Assembly (NCBI GenBank): GCA_964035545.1
Contig: OZ037768.1
Span: 23,097,319 to 23,161,318 of the forward strand
Direction of reading: 5' to 3'
DNA from: Bugula neritina
Taxonomy: Eukaryota > Animalia > Bryozoa
DNA length: 64,000 bases
Position numbers and translations under genes: made by a program
Notes under the pieces: generated by a model
Told to the model about the DNA's origin: nothing
What the model saw: only the letters and a program-made list of their open reading frames with translations
Database searches by the model: none
Shown: positions 1 through 35,100 of the stretch, in pieces
Layout: each line of letters opens with the position of its first letter
Position numbering within the stretch: position 1 is the first letter of the stretch

Positions 1-170
1 AAAACTTATATCACAAAAAATAAGCATTAAATTCACATTAATAAATAAATAAAATACTTATACTGAATCGTCACATAATAAAGGCCAACAAATTAGAGTT
101 TGTTAGACTAAATTCTTTGACTTTCCTATTCCACGCTACTAATTGCATTACTCAGTGGACACAGTGTAAA

Positions 171-19755
<19,585 letters not shown>

Positions 19756-20406
19756 TCCGTCTGCGACTAGCATGTGATTATAAGTCTGTAAGATTTTATA
19801 GAGCCATCAAGTACCAAAAAAGTATCAATCAAGGCAACAGATGTATTGAAAAGGTACTCAACATGTAAAACTTGCAGTAAAGAGAAACAGGTGGCAAAGT
19901 GACGGAATATGTGCATTGATTGCTTGAGACAATTTAGCCTTATTACAGTTATTGATATTTGTTAGTGTGCTCTGGGTAGAGCATGGTAGAGACATTAGAA
20001 GACTGTCTATTGAGAGACTTCTCCTTTGCATGCATATCACTTTCAGTTTTGTAAAATGTTGTTTTAAGCATTCTTAATCATGCTTCTAATTTAATATTTG
20101 TGGTTTGTTAATTCTAGATGCCGGAAGCACAACAATATTTTTTCATTTTACAGAAAGTTTATTTTATTAAAAAATGTAGACTCTAAATCTGATCTACCCT
20201 CTTCTGTCTAAAGCACCTCAGTAAAATACATATAAAGTTTTCATAGCCAGTAAACAAATAACCGATAACTTGTTACTTGTATAATAGAAGGTTTTGGTTA
20301 TAAAACAGAATGCAAATATGCATTGGATATTAACTCTTGTCATGGAATGAAATAGTCAAATGGTTTTCTCTACACAGAGCTCTTTAATGATATAGTGTCT
20401 CATTGG

Positions 20407-21983
20407 CTAAGTGCATTTCATCACCATTTGCAACTTTGATTTCTGTTTCACAGCGTAGTCAGACAACTCCAAGGAATCTCTCAGCTTTTCATTGAGCAAG
20501 AACAACTCAAAGTCTTGTGGGGAAACACCTGGAAAGTGTAATAAGATGACCTAATTGCACATAAAGTAACTAGAATTTGCAACAAGTTAAATTTCTAATG
20601 TAAACTTATAAAATGTAAGTATTTATGTTGGCATATTTATATACAAAAATAATTATGATGTCGCAGGTGCATATTATAATTCTAGCAAAAACTCTTTTTT
20701 TTATGATAAAAAAATTAATTATTGTGTCAAATTTTTATTTGCTTTGTATCCAAGCTTTAATTATTTCCAGCTATAAATAAATTAATAAACTCCAATTCAT
20801 TTTTGAAAACAATTATAAACTATTGAAACTATGGAAGAAAACTGCAAAAAAAGTTTATCAACTGTGAAGACCTGAAAATTCTGGCGGGGCCCACCTGTCA
20901 TCGCCTCAACAATTTGCTTTAAATGCCATATTGAGATTGAAGGCTCGACGTCCACTAAGTAGTGTTTATTACTTTCAGTGACAACCCAGACTTGGCGTTG
21001 CTCTATGAGCACGTCCACTTTGGCGCCATCCTGTATCCCGTAATCTCGCAACTGGAAGTAATCCTCCAAGTGTTTGCCCTTGTACGTTACCACCATAGTG
21101 TCATGGTGGAAGCCTGCAATATAACATAGCAAAGGTGTGACTGCAAACACATAACATATCAGTTACTTTAGCAAACGCTGTTGGTATAGGATAACTCCAT
21201 TGCATTTCATACATCAAAGTATATGGAAATATTCTACCACAATACACTCTGTATTATGTTGAACTGGGGAATATACTTACTAGATAAACTTAGAGCAATT
21301 GACTAAATGCACATACAATTAATAGTATGACTGATAACCAAGATTTACAGGCCAAGATTCCTTACCAGGATTAAAAAACTTGGCCTATAAAACTTTCTCC
21401 AGCACTGCACTTCAATAAATATAATGTTTAGTGTCTAGTTTTGTTCATTTATCTTGAAAATGCATATAAAAATACAACACCTATGGCTTAACTAATAACT
21501 ACACACTACATATACATACTAAGCTACACACTACATACTACATCATAGTACATACACATACTAAACTACATCATAGTACATACACATAGTAAACTACATA
21601 CTACATCATAGTACATACACATGTTAAGCTACATATTAATTATTAAACACACTTCGTAAGCTAGACTCACTGGCATGTTCCTCCTGTGAGATGACATCTT
21701 TGATTGCTCGAACTTGTTGTGACGGTGAAAGACATATATCCAATGGCTCAAAGCCATCAAATTGAACACAGTGAATCTGAACAGTGATCTCTAATTTATG
21801 CTCTAAAAGACTTTCTAAAAGAAAATTTTCGTAAAATAATTTCGAAGACGCCTTAATTCCAGCCATGCCTCTGCACTTTCGAAGTTTGTTGTGATTGAAA
21901 ACGGAGTGAGAATTTCTCTTTCTGAGAGTAGGAATGCTTGCATGTACTTTGGAATAGCTACTGGCTACAGAAGTACAAGCCAT
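20407..21983 (-). CDS. Tandem (two-domain) ubiquitin-like protein, ~217 aa, no C-terminal diglycine; 3 coding exons
   Basis: Exons 21671-21983, 20895-21113 and 20407-20528 join in phase 1 with GT/AG sites (654 nt). UBL-type motifs: YKGKHLEDYFQLRDYGIQDGAKVDVLI and VDVEPSISIWHLKQIVEAMTGVSPQDFELFLLNEKLRDSLELSDYAVKQKSKLQMVMKCT*. The start codon is uncertain. Confidence 0.75.
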
Positions 21984-23705
21984 GGTAGACAGAAGAAAGC
22001 AAGCTGAACTGTATAGAAGCTTTTATTTCTGGTGTTGCTATCACTAGCGACTAGGCCATGGTCAAGCTGAAACTGTTTATCACTTTGGATGAGAAGTGAA
22101 AACTGCATTGTGACTTCTAACAAAGCAGTCTGATTATTCTTATGCCAACAATGCCATAAGGAGATAAGTTAATAGTAGAAATTATGTAACCAGCTTTGTT
22201 TTCATTGTTGAAAGTGGGCCCACATATATGAGCTTTTAGTAGTTGGGTTTCCATATAATCATATAACACCATATAATCATATAACACCATATAATCATAT
22301 ATAATCATCAACACCAATGGTTTGAATGCAACTGCTGCAAGTGATAAATATGGGTCTCCTTTTTAGGCAATTTATATGAATTTCTACCAAATTATTGCAT
22401 GGCTCATGAAGATGGTTCAATGAGATGTAGAAATTCGAATGGCAGTACATAAATTGCAAGTAACTTGGAACGTTTGCAGTACCAAATCTGAATTCACAAC
22501 TTTGGTATGCGAAACTTTGAAGCAATTGGTTGACAATCGTCAACTCAGCAGTAAAGTGAGAAGTTATCCGTTCTTATAAGCAGTTTAGGCTAAGTCAAGA
22601 CACTGCACATAACACTACTCTACAGTTTGGTGATCATTTTTTTTATAAAAGATATGCTCTGTGTTGGTCAAAACTTCAGACAGTGGAATTTACTATAGCA
22701 ACAAAGGAAAACTTTCAGTGCCATATTGTTTATGCACAAACACACTTAGCATAAGCAATGAAGGATGCTGGTTTCATATTTTTCCGTAAAACTCAGAACT
22801 TAAAATTTATTTGAATGCTGCGTTTTTATTGGATAGAATTATGTTGAGGCTTCGAGCCTACCTTTTTACCAACAGGTTAATTGAATTAAAGGGAAATTCA
22901 AAGAACCTTCCACCTGATTGTGCAGGGCAGCAGTAACTAACTTAGCAAATTTTATTTGTCGGGGAGATTTTTCTTCTTATTAGTGTTTATGTAACAAGTG
23001 CTTATAAGAATTAGCATGTTCTTAAATTTTATACTATATAGCTTTTCATGTTTTTCAAAAATATTAATAGACATGAGTAGATAACTCTTCTAGAATAATA
23101 TTAAAAATTTAGCACAGCTGCTCTCAATTTATACTTTAAAAAACTGAACATCAGTAATAAAAAATACTGAAATTTGAATTTGTCTTTTTTTTTTCCAAAA
23201 GCTTTATTTACCTTATAGTGCTTGTAGAACTGAGGCTATATAGCAACAATAACCCTCACACCACCTGTTAGCTAGCAGATAGAGAGATAGAACTAAGCTA
23301 CCAATTCCCATGCAATTCCCTCAACAAAGTAAGAATATTTTCACTCATGCAAACAGTCAAAGTAGATAGAAGTATTCAGTGTATTTGAGATAGTCAGAGT
23401 ACCAAGTTAACTTTTACCTGCAACAGTCCGCAGGTTCAATAACTAAACATTTACTTGGCTGTAACACAAAAAAAGGCTTATAAATAAATAAAAATATATA
23501 AATTCATAAGCACAAAACAAGCAAGAACATTAACTATGTTCAAATATTTATAAAATGAGATCACCAAAAGTTTTGAAAAACTAGAATTTAAAAATCATAA
23601 AGGTCACAGAAATATTAAAATACACTAAAAATATATTCATTATCTAAAAATATTTTGATGCAAGAACTTAAATCACAGAAATAATGGGCGGAGGAAATGG
23701 AGGAA

Positions 23706-26700
23706 TTAAATCCCAAAGTGTTTGTAAGACGAAGCCAGCCACTGCTCAACATGACTGACTGAGAGAGTTGCAACTGAAGGAGTACCTAAGGCTGCTGTCT
23801 TGGGACGCCCTCTGCTGTGTTGGTTGCCATCACAGGATCTCTGGCTATGCGCAGGACGGGCACTTTGAGCTCTCCGCTGACTAGCAGGTTTGTCAAGTAT
23901 CTCTTCACCCTTGAGCTCATGAGGAGGCTGATCACCAGTCTCTGCGGCAGACGTATCGCTGACTAGAGCGAGGGTGGTCGCTGCCGACCCAGTGGCCACC
24001 AGAGCGCCAGAAGGATGGAACCCGCAGTGAGACGCCGTGTCTGTCTGTGCGTCCATAGTCTTGAGACAGGAGCCTGTGTGCACATTCCACACCTTCACCA
24101 TCTCGTCGTCTGCGTTGGTTACCAACAGATAGCCGTCTGCTGAGAAACACAACGCCTGCACCCAGCCCTCGTGACCTGCCAACAAATCACGTACGAGGAT
24201 ACATGAAACCAGCCAATAGACGGAGCCCTACATAGTGAATAGGTCACTAGACTATATACTCAGATACAATAAATAAAAGCCCCATAGTTCAATGACAAAT
24301 TCGTTACTGCAATCATCAGTAGTCCAAGAATATAATATCTTCTCCAAGCAATGGCTAATACTAAAACCCAGACTACAATTTGTAAACTATCCAAATATGC
24401 TATAATGTTACACCAGCTGGTGGTAGATGAGTCATAGATGTATCTAATAACTAGTGAAAACTTCTGCAAGTACATGATATGCAGACGCCACTTAACATCA
24501 TATAGAATAGGTTTAATTCAGTTTAGTTTAGTTCTATCTGTGTATTAATAGAAAATAATCTAGATGTGAATGTGCACTGGTAAAGGCATACCTATCAGAG
24601 TATATAATATCTCTCCTTTATAGGGATTCCATAGTATCACTTTTTTATCCCAACTTCCTGTAGCTAGAATATTATGACGGGAGAATGCGACAGCATGCAC
24701 ATTGCTCTTGTGGGCAGACAACTCATGTAAATGCTCACCTGGAGAGGAATTAGAACAGTATCTAAATGTATGTATGCAGCCTAATATTAAAATCAGCAAT
24801 GTGTATCTAAAAGCATCGAATAATCTCAAAAATTCAACAAAATTACAAGATCATTGGCAATACATTTCAAATGAAGTTCCAAATTTACTGTTAATGTGAA
24901 TTTTTCTAGTTAATAATACTAGTAATTGTTGACAAAGAAAAATCAAAGAGCCAATGACTGGGGAAGTTACACTCCAATCAACTAACTTAAAATGCATGTC
25001 AACTACAGCAAGTGTTTTGTATCTTAGGTTAAACTTCAACACTGCCAGCTTAGATAAACAGTAAATGTTATTTATATAACTGATAATATAAAAAACTTCA
25101 CTGTACATTATGTATTACTAGATTATGAGTAACAAATCAGTTACCCCCAGCGGTGCGTTTCAGGGACCACACTCGCACTGTATGGTCCCAGGATCCAGTA
25201 GCCACCATACGCTGACAAGGTGAGAAGGCAGCACATTGCACCAGACTTGTGTGACCTTGAAATAACCTCAGCATGTACCCAGTTTCCACTTGCCACAGTA
25301 TACCTGAGAGAGAAAAATGATATATTAAGTAGTGTCAGAGGTCGGCATATAAACCTTACTCTCTATGATACATTGCTATACGTCTGCTGCTGGTAAACAT
25401 TACTATACATCTTCATAAATTTGAACGCTGACAAACCTTAAAACAGCTGGTAAAGTTTTTCAATTACATATTCAATATGTCTTTCCTCATCCATAAAATT
25501 CTGTAAGCTGTTACTCAAGTAAGTTTAATAATAAGTTTAGCCATAAGTGTGAGTCAAGTAGAAGACTATGAAAATCAATTTGTGTGGACTACTTTCATGC
25601 ATGGAGTAAAATAACCAACAGCTATGAATGAGAGCTGTATGATGAATCAGTGAGTCTATTCTAGAACATTCTAATAGGTATGTCCAATAGAAAGGACAAC
25701 TCTAAACATAAGTACATGCAGCTGCTTTATCAAGCTATATTCTTATGAAAGGGCAGACGTTACATTCACAGGTAATAGCTTACCAGTTCTATCCCAGGAA
25801 GTGCTGCAAAGTAGAGTAGAGCAGGGGGAGAACGTTACAGATTCTACACTCTTGAGATGAGAGGTCAGTTTGTGTATCGTCTCTGCATTGCAGGTCCGAT
25901 ATATCATAACACTTTTATCATAACTACCACTAGCAATATACCTGCAAAAGGAGAGTTTACTTGATGCTAATTAGATGACTTCTCCAAATAGATAGAATTG
26001 ACGTCAAGGCAGCGCTTCTGAAATAAACCCGACAAAACAACGATTATGTAGTAAGTTATTCAAAGAGTATATCAGAATTGAATATATTCAACATACTGGC
26101 TATCAGGTGAAACGTCCACACATCTAATAGCACCTTCCTGACCTTTCAGCCGAACCACCATTGTACCAGTTCGTGTGTTGAATACTCGAGTCCGCTCATC
26201 ATCTGAACCTGTGAGGATTCAACTTAATATACTATACTATGTTACTACACTATACTATATTATGTTACTAACTTATATTATACTATATTACTAACTTATA
26301 CTATACTGTGTTGCTAACTTATACTATACTATGTTACTAAATTATACTATACTGTGTTACTAACTTATACTATACTATGTTACTAACTTATACTATACTA
26401 TGTTACTAAATTATACTATACTGTGTTACTAACTTATACTATACTATATTACCAACTTATACTATTTTACTAACTTATACTATACTATGTCACTAACTTA
26501 TACTATACTATGTCACTAACTTATACTATACTATATTACTAACTTATACTATTTTACTAACTTATACTATTTTACTAACTTATACTATACTATTTTACTA
26601 ACTTATATTATACTATGTTACTAACTTATACTATACTATGTCACTAACTTATACTATACTATATTACTAACTTATACTATACTATGTCACTAACTTATAC

Positions 26701-27270
26701 TATACTATATTACTAACTTATACTATACTATGTTACTAAATTATACTATACTGTGTTACTAACTTATACTATACTATATTACTAACTTATACTATTTTAC
26801 TAACTTATACTATACTATGTCACTAACTTATACTATACTATGTCACTAACTTATACTATACTATATTACTAACTTATACTATGTCACTAACTTATACTAT
26901 TTTACTAACTTATACTATACTATTTTACTAACTTATATTATACTATGTTACTAACTTATACTATATTACTAACTTATACTATATTACTAACTTATACTAT
27001 ACTATATTACTAACTTATACTATATTACTAACTTATACTATACTATATAACTAACTTATACTATACTATGTTACTAACTTATACTATACTATGTCACTAA
27101 CTTATACAGTACTAACTACTTATTCTACCAACTATTCTGAAATAGCCCAACTAACCTGTAACAAGGATTTCAAAATCAGGTGAAAATGCAACACAGTTGA
27201 CTTCATCTTTGTGCCCATAAAATTTTTTGACATCAATGTGAGTGTAGAAATCAGTGTTGAACACAGCCAT
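23706..27270 (-). CDS. WD40-repeat protein (~386 aa, 7-bladed propeller plus low-complexity tail), WDR38-like
   Basis: Six phase-consistent exons: 27156-27270, 26097-26208, 25784-25941, 25145-25303, 24592-24738, 23706-24175 (1161 nt). Repeats include GHKDEVNCVAFSPD, ATGSWDHTVRVW, ATGSWDKKVILW and GHEGWVQALCFS. The WDR38 resemblance is from recalled sequence and has not been tested. Confidence 0.85.
26228..27110. repeat. 18-23-bp AT-rich minisatellite (TTACTAACTTATACTATACTATG-like)
   Basis: About 880 bp tandem array filling WD40 intron 1. Confidence 0.95.
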
Positions 27271-27398
27271 GTTTGAACATTACTGGTCGCCAGCCAGAAG
27301 CATCATGCCAAATCTAAAAATTTTAAAAACATGCTTGCTGATTGACACAAAAATTAAAGTAAATATTCATTCCTTGTTTTCATTTAGCTTCAAATCTT

Positions 27399-27561
27399 AA
27401 ATGGTTCTCTAAGCAGCTCTAAGTTGACGGCGAAAGAGTGTAGTAGCTCGGGGGGGGGGGGGTGGTCTAACGTTTGAAGCTATATCCCAACTCTAAACTC
27501 GAAACCCCCAAAACTACTGCACTCATTCACAGCCAATTTGATGCTGCGTATAGAACCATTT
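27399..27561. mobile_element. MITE copy 1 (palindromic, ~160 bp)
   Basis: The left end AAATGGTTCTCTAAGCAGC...GAGTGTAGTAG is an imperfect inverted repeat of the right end CTACTGCACTC...GCTGCGTATAGAACCATTT. Homologous to 28735-28891. Confidence 0.7.
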
Positions 27562-28110
27562 CTAAATTTTAGACCACAGAAACTTGCATACAAGCTACTT
27601 CAAGCAGCTAAATTGTACGATGGCATTATAACTATCAGTATCTACAGTCTTCAGCCCTTTTCAATAATTGAGACAACCAAGGATACTTGTAAATCAATGT
27701 AAGGAAGGATTCAAATTGATGAGATTGAATTTTAGGATTTAAATTTTACAATTTAAAACATGCATAAGGAGACCATTGAAGGACAACCACAGTGAAGCTA
27801 CATACTCATAGTGATACTAAATCTTTTGTTTATCAACATTAGTATCAGTATCAGATAGTGTTACTAAATCTAATAATAATAATTAAGTGCAGTGCTTCAA
27901 TATGAGTCAGAGTATCATTAGGATTATTGTTGTGGGGCTATGGTCTATCAGTATCACTATCACTATCATTACGAATATGACAGGAAGTAGTATCACTATC
28001 ACCTTACCTACACTAGGAGGTTGAACTACACATAATGTTATACTTATAGTTATACTTGCATATTTATACTTGTAATAATTCATTAAATTTAATGAACATT
28101 GTAAAATAAT

Positions 28111-28184
28111 TGTTCCCCACTGGGATTCGAACCACAGACCTTTGGCTTGCTAGCAGGCGCACTAAACCATTGCACCACAGAAGC
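28111..28184 (-). pseudogene. tRNA-derived pseudogene or SINE head
   Basis: Reverse complement GCTTCTGTGGTGCAATGGTTTAGTGCGCCTGCTAGCAAGCCAAAGGTCTGTGGTTCGAATCCCAGTGGGGAACA has A-box and B-box (GGTTCGAATCC) at tRNA spacing, but the acceptor, anticodon and T stems pair poorly. Confidence 0.7.
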
Positions 28185-28734
28185 TGCTGGGTTACCTCAA
28201 CACTACAAATATCAATATGAGGATTACTTTAGACTTACTCTTAATCTTAGCGACTGAGTCTAAGTGAGCCAATATGAGTATCAGTATGACTATAACTATA
28301 AGTATAAGTATGAGTATCGGTTAAAGTCAAGACAACATTGGCAAATTAATCCTGCAGCTGCTCATACTCTTAAAGTTAATCTTATAGTTATTAGACTTAG
28401 TCTAACTCCATCACTATGACTATGACCATGACGATGCTGATACTCGTGCTGATACTGACAGTCATAGTCATAGTGATAATCATAATGATAATGTAAATGA
28501 TGTTTTAATTTAATTTGACAATTTAAATTTAAAACCAACGAGTTATACCCCGCTGGAGTACAGTATAAGTAGTCAGTGTGTATATTACTTGGTCTCACTA
28601 TAGTTATACTTATAAGCATTGAAATTTGCTTTCCATTTCATCCAAAGAGTTGAACTTAAAAGTTAAAGGGCATATTCATATTGGTATTCATAAAATATTT
28701 CATATTGATATCTCACCCTCACTCCGCATTTCAG

Positions 28735-28891
28735 GAATAGTTCTATAAGCAGCTCCAAATGGGGGGTCACTGAGTGCAGTAGCTTGCGGTTCTCGAGTTT
28801 AAAGTTGGAGTTTATTAAAGGTCCAAACTTGAAAACCGCAAACTGCTGCACTCAGTTATTTTCTAACTTGGGGCTGCTTATATAATCATTC
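28735..28891. mobile_element. MITE copy 2 with perfect 9-bp TSD (Mutator-like)
   Basis: Long imperfect TIRs (GAATAGTTCTATAAGCAGCTCCAA... / ...TTGGGGCTGCTTATATAATCATTC) flanked by GCATTTCAG at 28726-28734 and 28892-28900. Confidence 0.8.
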
Positions 28892-29015
28892 GCATTTCAG
28901 TGGTTGTTAGCAACTGTACCAAAACAACAGTTTGGTAGAGATCTTTACTGAATGTTGGAGTTGTCTAACTATCAACTAACTCTGGCCATGATGTGTGCAA
29001 AACGGTTGCAATGGG

Positions 29016-29148
29016 GAAATCGTTTGAAACAACAGCAAGTTAGTGGTCACTGAGTTGAGTGATTCGCGAGTCTCAAGTTCGACAACAATTTGCTTGCACC
29101 AACTCTGCACTCAGTCACTCTTAATTCAGTACTGTTTCTAACGATTTC
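29016..29148. mobile_element. Degenerate MITE copy 3, related family
   Basis: Inverted ends GAAATCGTTTGAAACA... / ...TGTTTCTAACGATTTC and shared internal CACTGAG / CTGCACTCAG motifs. Confidence 0.5.
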
Positions 29149-30055
29149 GTTATAAACGGTGGTCAGCTATCAAGTTGTAGAGTTGCCTTGCCTTGATTTT
29201 ATATTTTAGTAAACGAATAGGTATAATTATTGCATTGTTAGTAGCTTGTGCTTGGGGTCTTTCGTATGTCCTTAAACAAAATGTATGCTCAAATATTATA
29301 ATATAGTTATGCTTGCGCAAAATGATATCAATATTCTCATAAAAATTCACCTGAGTCCGACTCTTATGGTGATGAGTGGGCTAAGGGGGAGAAAGCCAGA
29401 ACCAATAAATTATAGATAAATTAATATATCTGAGGAGCTCTTACATGATACATCTAAACTCTAAAGGGAGGCATAGTATTATAAGTAACATTTAGATTTC
29501 CAAGAGAGGTCATATCCTGTGGCATAGCATATAAATGATATATTTTATTGTTCCAGTTGCTCATAGATGCACTAAAACGTAAGCCTAATCTAAAGACCGT
29601 TTCATAAGCGATAATGCTCAATATTATTGTTGCACTAGCCCCCCTACATGAAAAAAACCCTCGTTTACATGCTTATACAAGAAAGCAATAAATTTGAGCT
29701 CCCATGAACAGCACAGTAATCAAATAATTTTAGTAGCATAATTTTAGAGTTCTCGAATTTGCAAATTACACATCATAGCCAAATTTCAAGTTCAATTATG
29801 TGTTCCCAATTGAAAATTAATTAGTGCAGATATGTGCCACTATATAACCAGTGATCAATTGTACAGCTATGCTTTCATAAAAAAATGAGGATTTTAATGC
29901 AGGAAATTTTTATTCAAAGCAGAAACATATTACAATTGAAAATTGCTTATTACGAGAAAAAAAAATAGAAAGTTTGTGTGTGGATAACTTAATAACTACA
30001 ATAATTATTTGACTGAAGTACTAATGTTAACAAAAATGTTTAGTTGTTTAATAAA

Positions 30056-31830
<1,775 letters not shown>

Positions 31831-32093
31831 TTAAATTTCAATTTGACACTGAAAGATAAACTACAAATACATGATTACTACATCAATCAAGATGAAGATA
31901 TTGAATAATTATAAAAACCATCGACAAATTAATGTTACTCGTTCTCATCTGTAATATAATTAATCTATACGAGCATTACTTGAGCTGAATCTGTTTTAGT
32001 TTAGTACATCACCCACCTTGTAGTTAGAGAAAGAGAATAAAGTTTTCGAACTGTTGACTTCTGTTGTATTGATGGATGCGCAGAGGCCACGGG

Positions 32094-32154
32094 TTTTTAT
32101 ATATCTCGGAACATTCTAGTGCGTTGTTCGTCCCTGATTGGCTCATATCATTGG
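32094..32154 (-). promoter_or_regulatory. Polyubiquitin core promoter: TATA box, HSE-like element, two CCAAT boxes
   Basis: Minus-strand TATATAAAAA at 32094-32103, CTCGGAACATTCTAG (GAAnnTTC) at 32105-32119, and ATTGG at ~32137 and ~32150, all just upstream of the short non-coding first exon. Confidence 0.65.
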
Positions 32155-35100
32155 TTGCTTGAATCATAATCACGACCTACTTCTGCGAACAATCAATTTT
32201 CCTTGTATTAATGCGCTGTCATCACGACGTAAAACTTGACTAATAATTACGAAACATCACGTGACACTGAAATTACGTATAGGGTTGAAAATAATTATTA
32301 TCATTACGATAAACAATGCAAAGTATTAGAATAATATGAGCAAAATAAGTATAGTATCATAATTAAGTTTAATTTTTGTTGGAGTACAACAAAATAAAAT
32401 TAACTTGGTGATGTTCTTACAATAGTACAAGTTTTGCAGTACCCAGGAAGCTAAATTAGACTAAGTGCCACACCAAGATAATATATCATCAAGTGGATGA
32501 AAACAAAATGGACTTTCAAAGTTCAGTTTGGGGCTGTAAATAATTACTAAGGATTATGTTCAGTATTACACTTTGTTATAAAAAATCCACAGATTCTTAA
32601 AAAAAACTATTCGAAAGCTGTCAATATGGCTCTTCCATTTTGAAAAAGTTTTTGTTTATGTAAAACATCGTATAATAATTGTTTCACATTGTACTTGTAT
32701 TGCATGGTTTTCCTGGTACTAAAATCCCCTGAACTGCTAGACACTAAGCCACATAATAAAGTGAAAGAATGGTTTTTATATGGTGTTATAATAAAATATT
32801 ATTAAATGCCTTTTCCATTAATATTGTACATTCCAATTTCCTCTTCAGTTTCTTTTATTAGAAAATTTATATTAATAAAATTATAAAAGCCTGTCCATAT
32901 ATCAACCTAACGTATATATCTGTAAAGATTTAAGGTTTTTGGCTTGAGCAAAACTTCTGAATGTTTTACTTTTAAGGACCTGTGCAAAAGCAATATATCA
33001 AAATAATTGTCATGAAAAGTTCATTTCATTAGTACTCTATTACTTTCTATTTTGGGTTCAAACAAAGCTAGTTGTTAGTTAGATTTCAACTTTTTCTAGT
33101 TAGCACCAATGTAACTCTATGATGATGAATCATAATAATGAGACTGAAATCGATTCATTTGATTGCATTAGTCATTACCTGATATGTTTACATGTTAAGA
33201 ATCAACATTACATAACATTATTCGAACTTTGGCAACAGAACGTGTTTTACTAAACATCTAGAGTAGCTTCACAAGATAAGTACCATGCAATAGCTAGCTG
33301 TAGCTTTATAGCCTGTTGGCTGTTATGGCTTGGGAAAGCTTTTCTAAAGACTTAAGCAGCCCCCCCCCCCCCCACAGGCCTTCAAGTATACTGTTGATTT
33401 ACTTTTTACCAATGTTATACATTATCCTACATTACTGGTTGCATATGGATACAGCATGTAGTTTGTTCAAACCTTCATCTAACACCACAACAGTGTATAT
33501 TTATATCAAGTGGGGTTAGATATGCATACACAATGACCACATCATTATTCTCCTGGTAGTAGTTCATCATACTACTAATCATCTTTATATCTGATCATAC
33601 ATGCAAAGCTACCCATATGTGGTTGGTACACCTTCATGTTTCATTACTAATGCTATGCTAATATGAGGTTCATCTTGATAAATGAATTCATAATCTAACC
33701 CAGTTCACAAAGCTATCCCAGATAGCTGGGGTAATGTTGTGTTGTGCTGTATACTTGGTAAATAATATACTGTATATGTGAGTAACATCTCTACACTAAG
33801 TATTGCTTTTAAATATGAAAGAAAATAAACGTTATACACACAGTAGTTTCATATATCTATTCACCTCTTCTAATCTGTACACTGATAAAAAACTGTTGAT
33901 AGAATAAAGGTTGTTGATCTTTGTTTCATGTAGATACTAGTAAAAGTGAGTGACCATACAATGGAGATGCTGTGTAACTTAGTCTTTACAGGATACGTCC
34001 ATCATTTCTACATCATCGCTGGCAGGTCGCATCCTGATAAATACAAGACCACTGTTCACACAAAAGCTTTATTACAGCTTTTATTACAAGGAAGCTAACC
34101 AAGCCTCTATCTTCCAAACTATGACTATCACTGGCTGTTGAAATGTAGTTTCAAAACAACTGTGAAATCATTACACTCAATATGGCGTCAACAATTTTAT
34201 TGTTGGAAGAAAAGCTTTGTCACAAACAAAGCTTTTCTTTCAGACAAGCTATCAGAATGAGTAGATTCAATAGCAGCTATTGTGCCTTTGTTACTTTGAA
34301 CTTTCAGATATCCCCTTGTTTATAAGAGCAAAGTTCCTATAGTGATGCTAATTTCGGACTACACGTAACCGGCATTTGAAAACTGCCCCTGCTTGAAATT
34401 CCCCAACAAACATGATGCAATTCGCTGCTTACTTTAATCTCAAAAACAAATAATATGTATATGGAATAAGAGAGGCATTTGCTGCTAGGAACTTCAGCTA
34501 TTTATAGCCCCAACTTTTCAGTATAGCCGTACACAGTAAATTGTAGCTAAAACAGACTTAAGTTGAGGCTATTGAGTTGAATAATTATTTATGTAGCTCG
34601 GGAGAACACTGGAGGTTCTGGCTATTCAGGTAAAGTAATGGGTGTTACTGGAAGAGCTGGAAGCCCTGGTGTGCTAGGCAACTCCCTGGAACAGCTAATA
34701 AATACCATTTGGTGTGCTTACAGCTGCTGAGAAAATCACACCAATAGACAACACCACCTATGGTTACCTCCAGGAAAGCTGAAATATCACTAACTTTCTC
34801 CATGACAGCTTCAGTTCATCCTTCATCCTGATGACTAACAAGGAAAAGGAAAGAATACATCATTCAAAGAGCCATGCTAGCTTTAGTCTCAGACATTTTA
34901 TATTTTCTCATTAAAAAGAGCAACTTATACCTCATTTTATCACATTTACGTTTATAATACATTGCCACCTATGTAGCACGTAGGTTTCTTTCTTTCCCAT
35001 GGTTGTAGGCTTGTAGCATTACTAACCTACACCCTGAGCTAGAATTCGAATTATAAACATAATGGCACCAGCATTATGCAATTAGTACAAGCTACAACAA

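Noticed and set aside
20407-20421. C-terminal MKCT of the di-UBL protein as a CaaX box
   Set aside because: The Cys is at -2, not -4, so it is not a canonical prenylation signal.
27280-27310. Short uORF (MMLLAGDQ*) just upstream of the WD40 start
   Set aside because: Eight codons with no conservation evidence and an unknown transcript 5' end; easily chance.
28111-28184. Functional tRNA-Ala(AGC)
   Set aside because: Acceptor, anticodon and T stems have multiple mismatches, so it is annotated as tRNA-derived instead.
34829-34860. Other CTGATGA occurrences (also ~15637, ~16130, ~59253) as hammerhead cores
   Set aside because: No stem II plus GAAA, and no stem I/III pairing at these sites.
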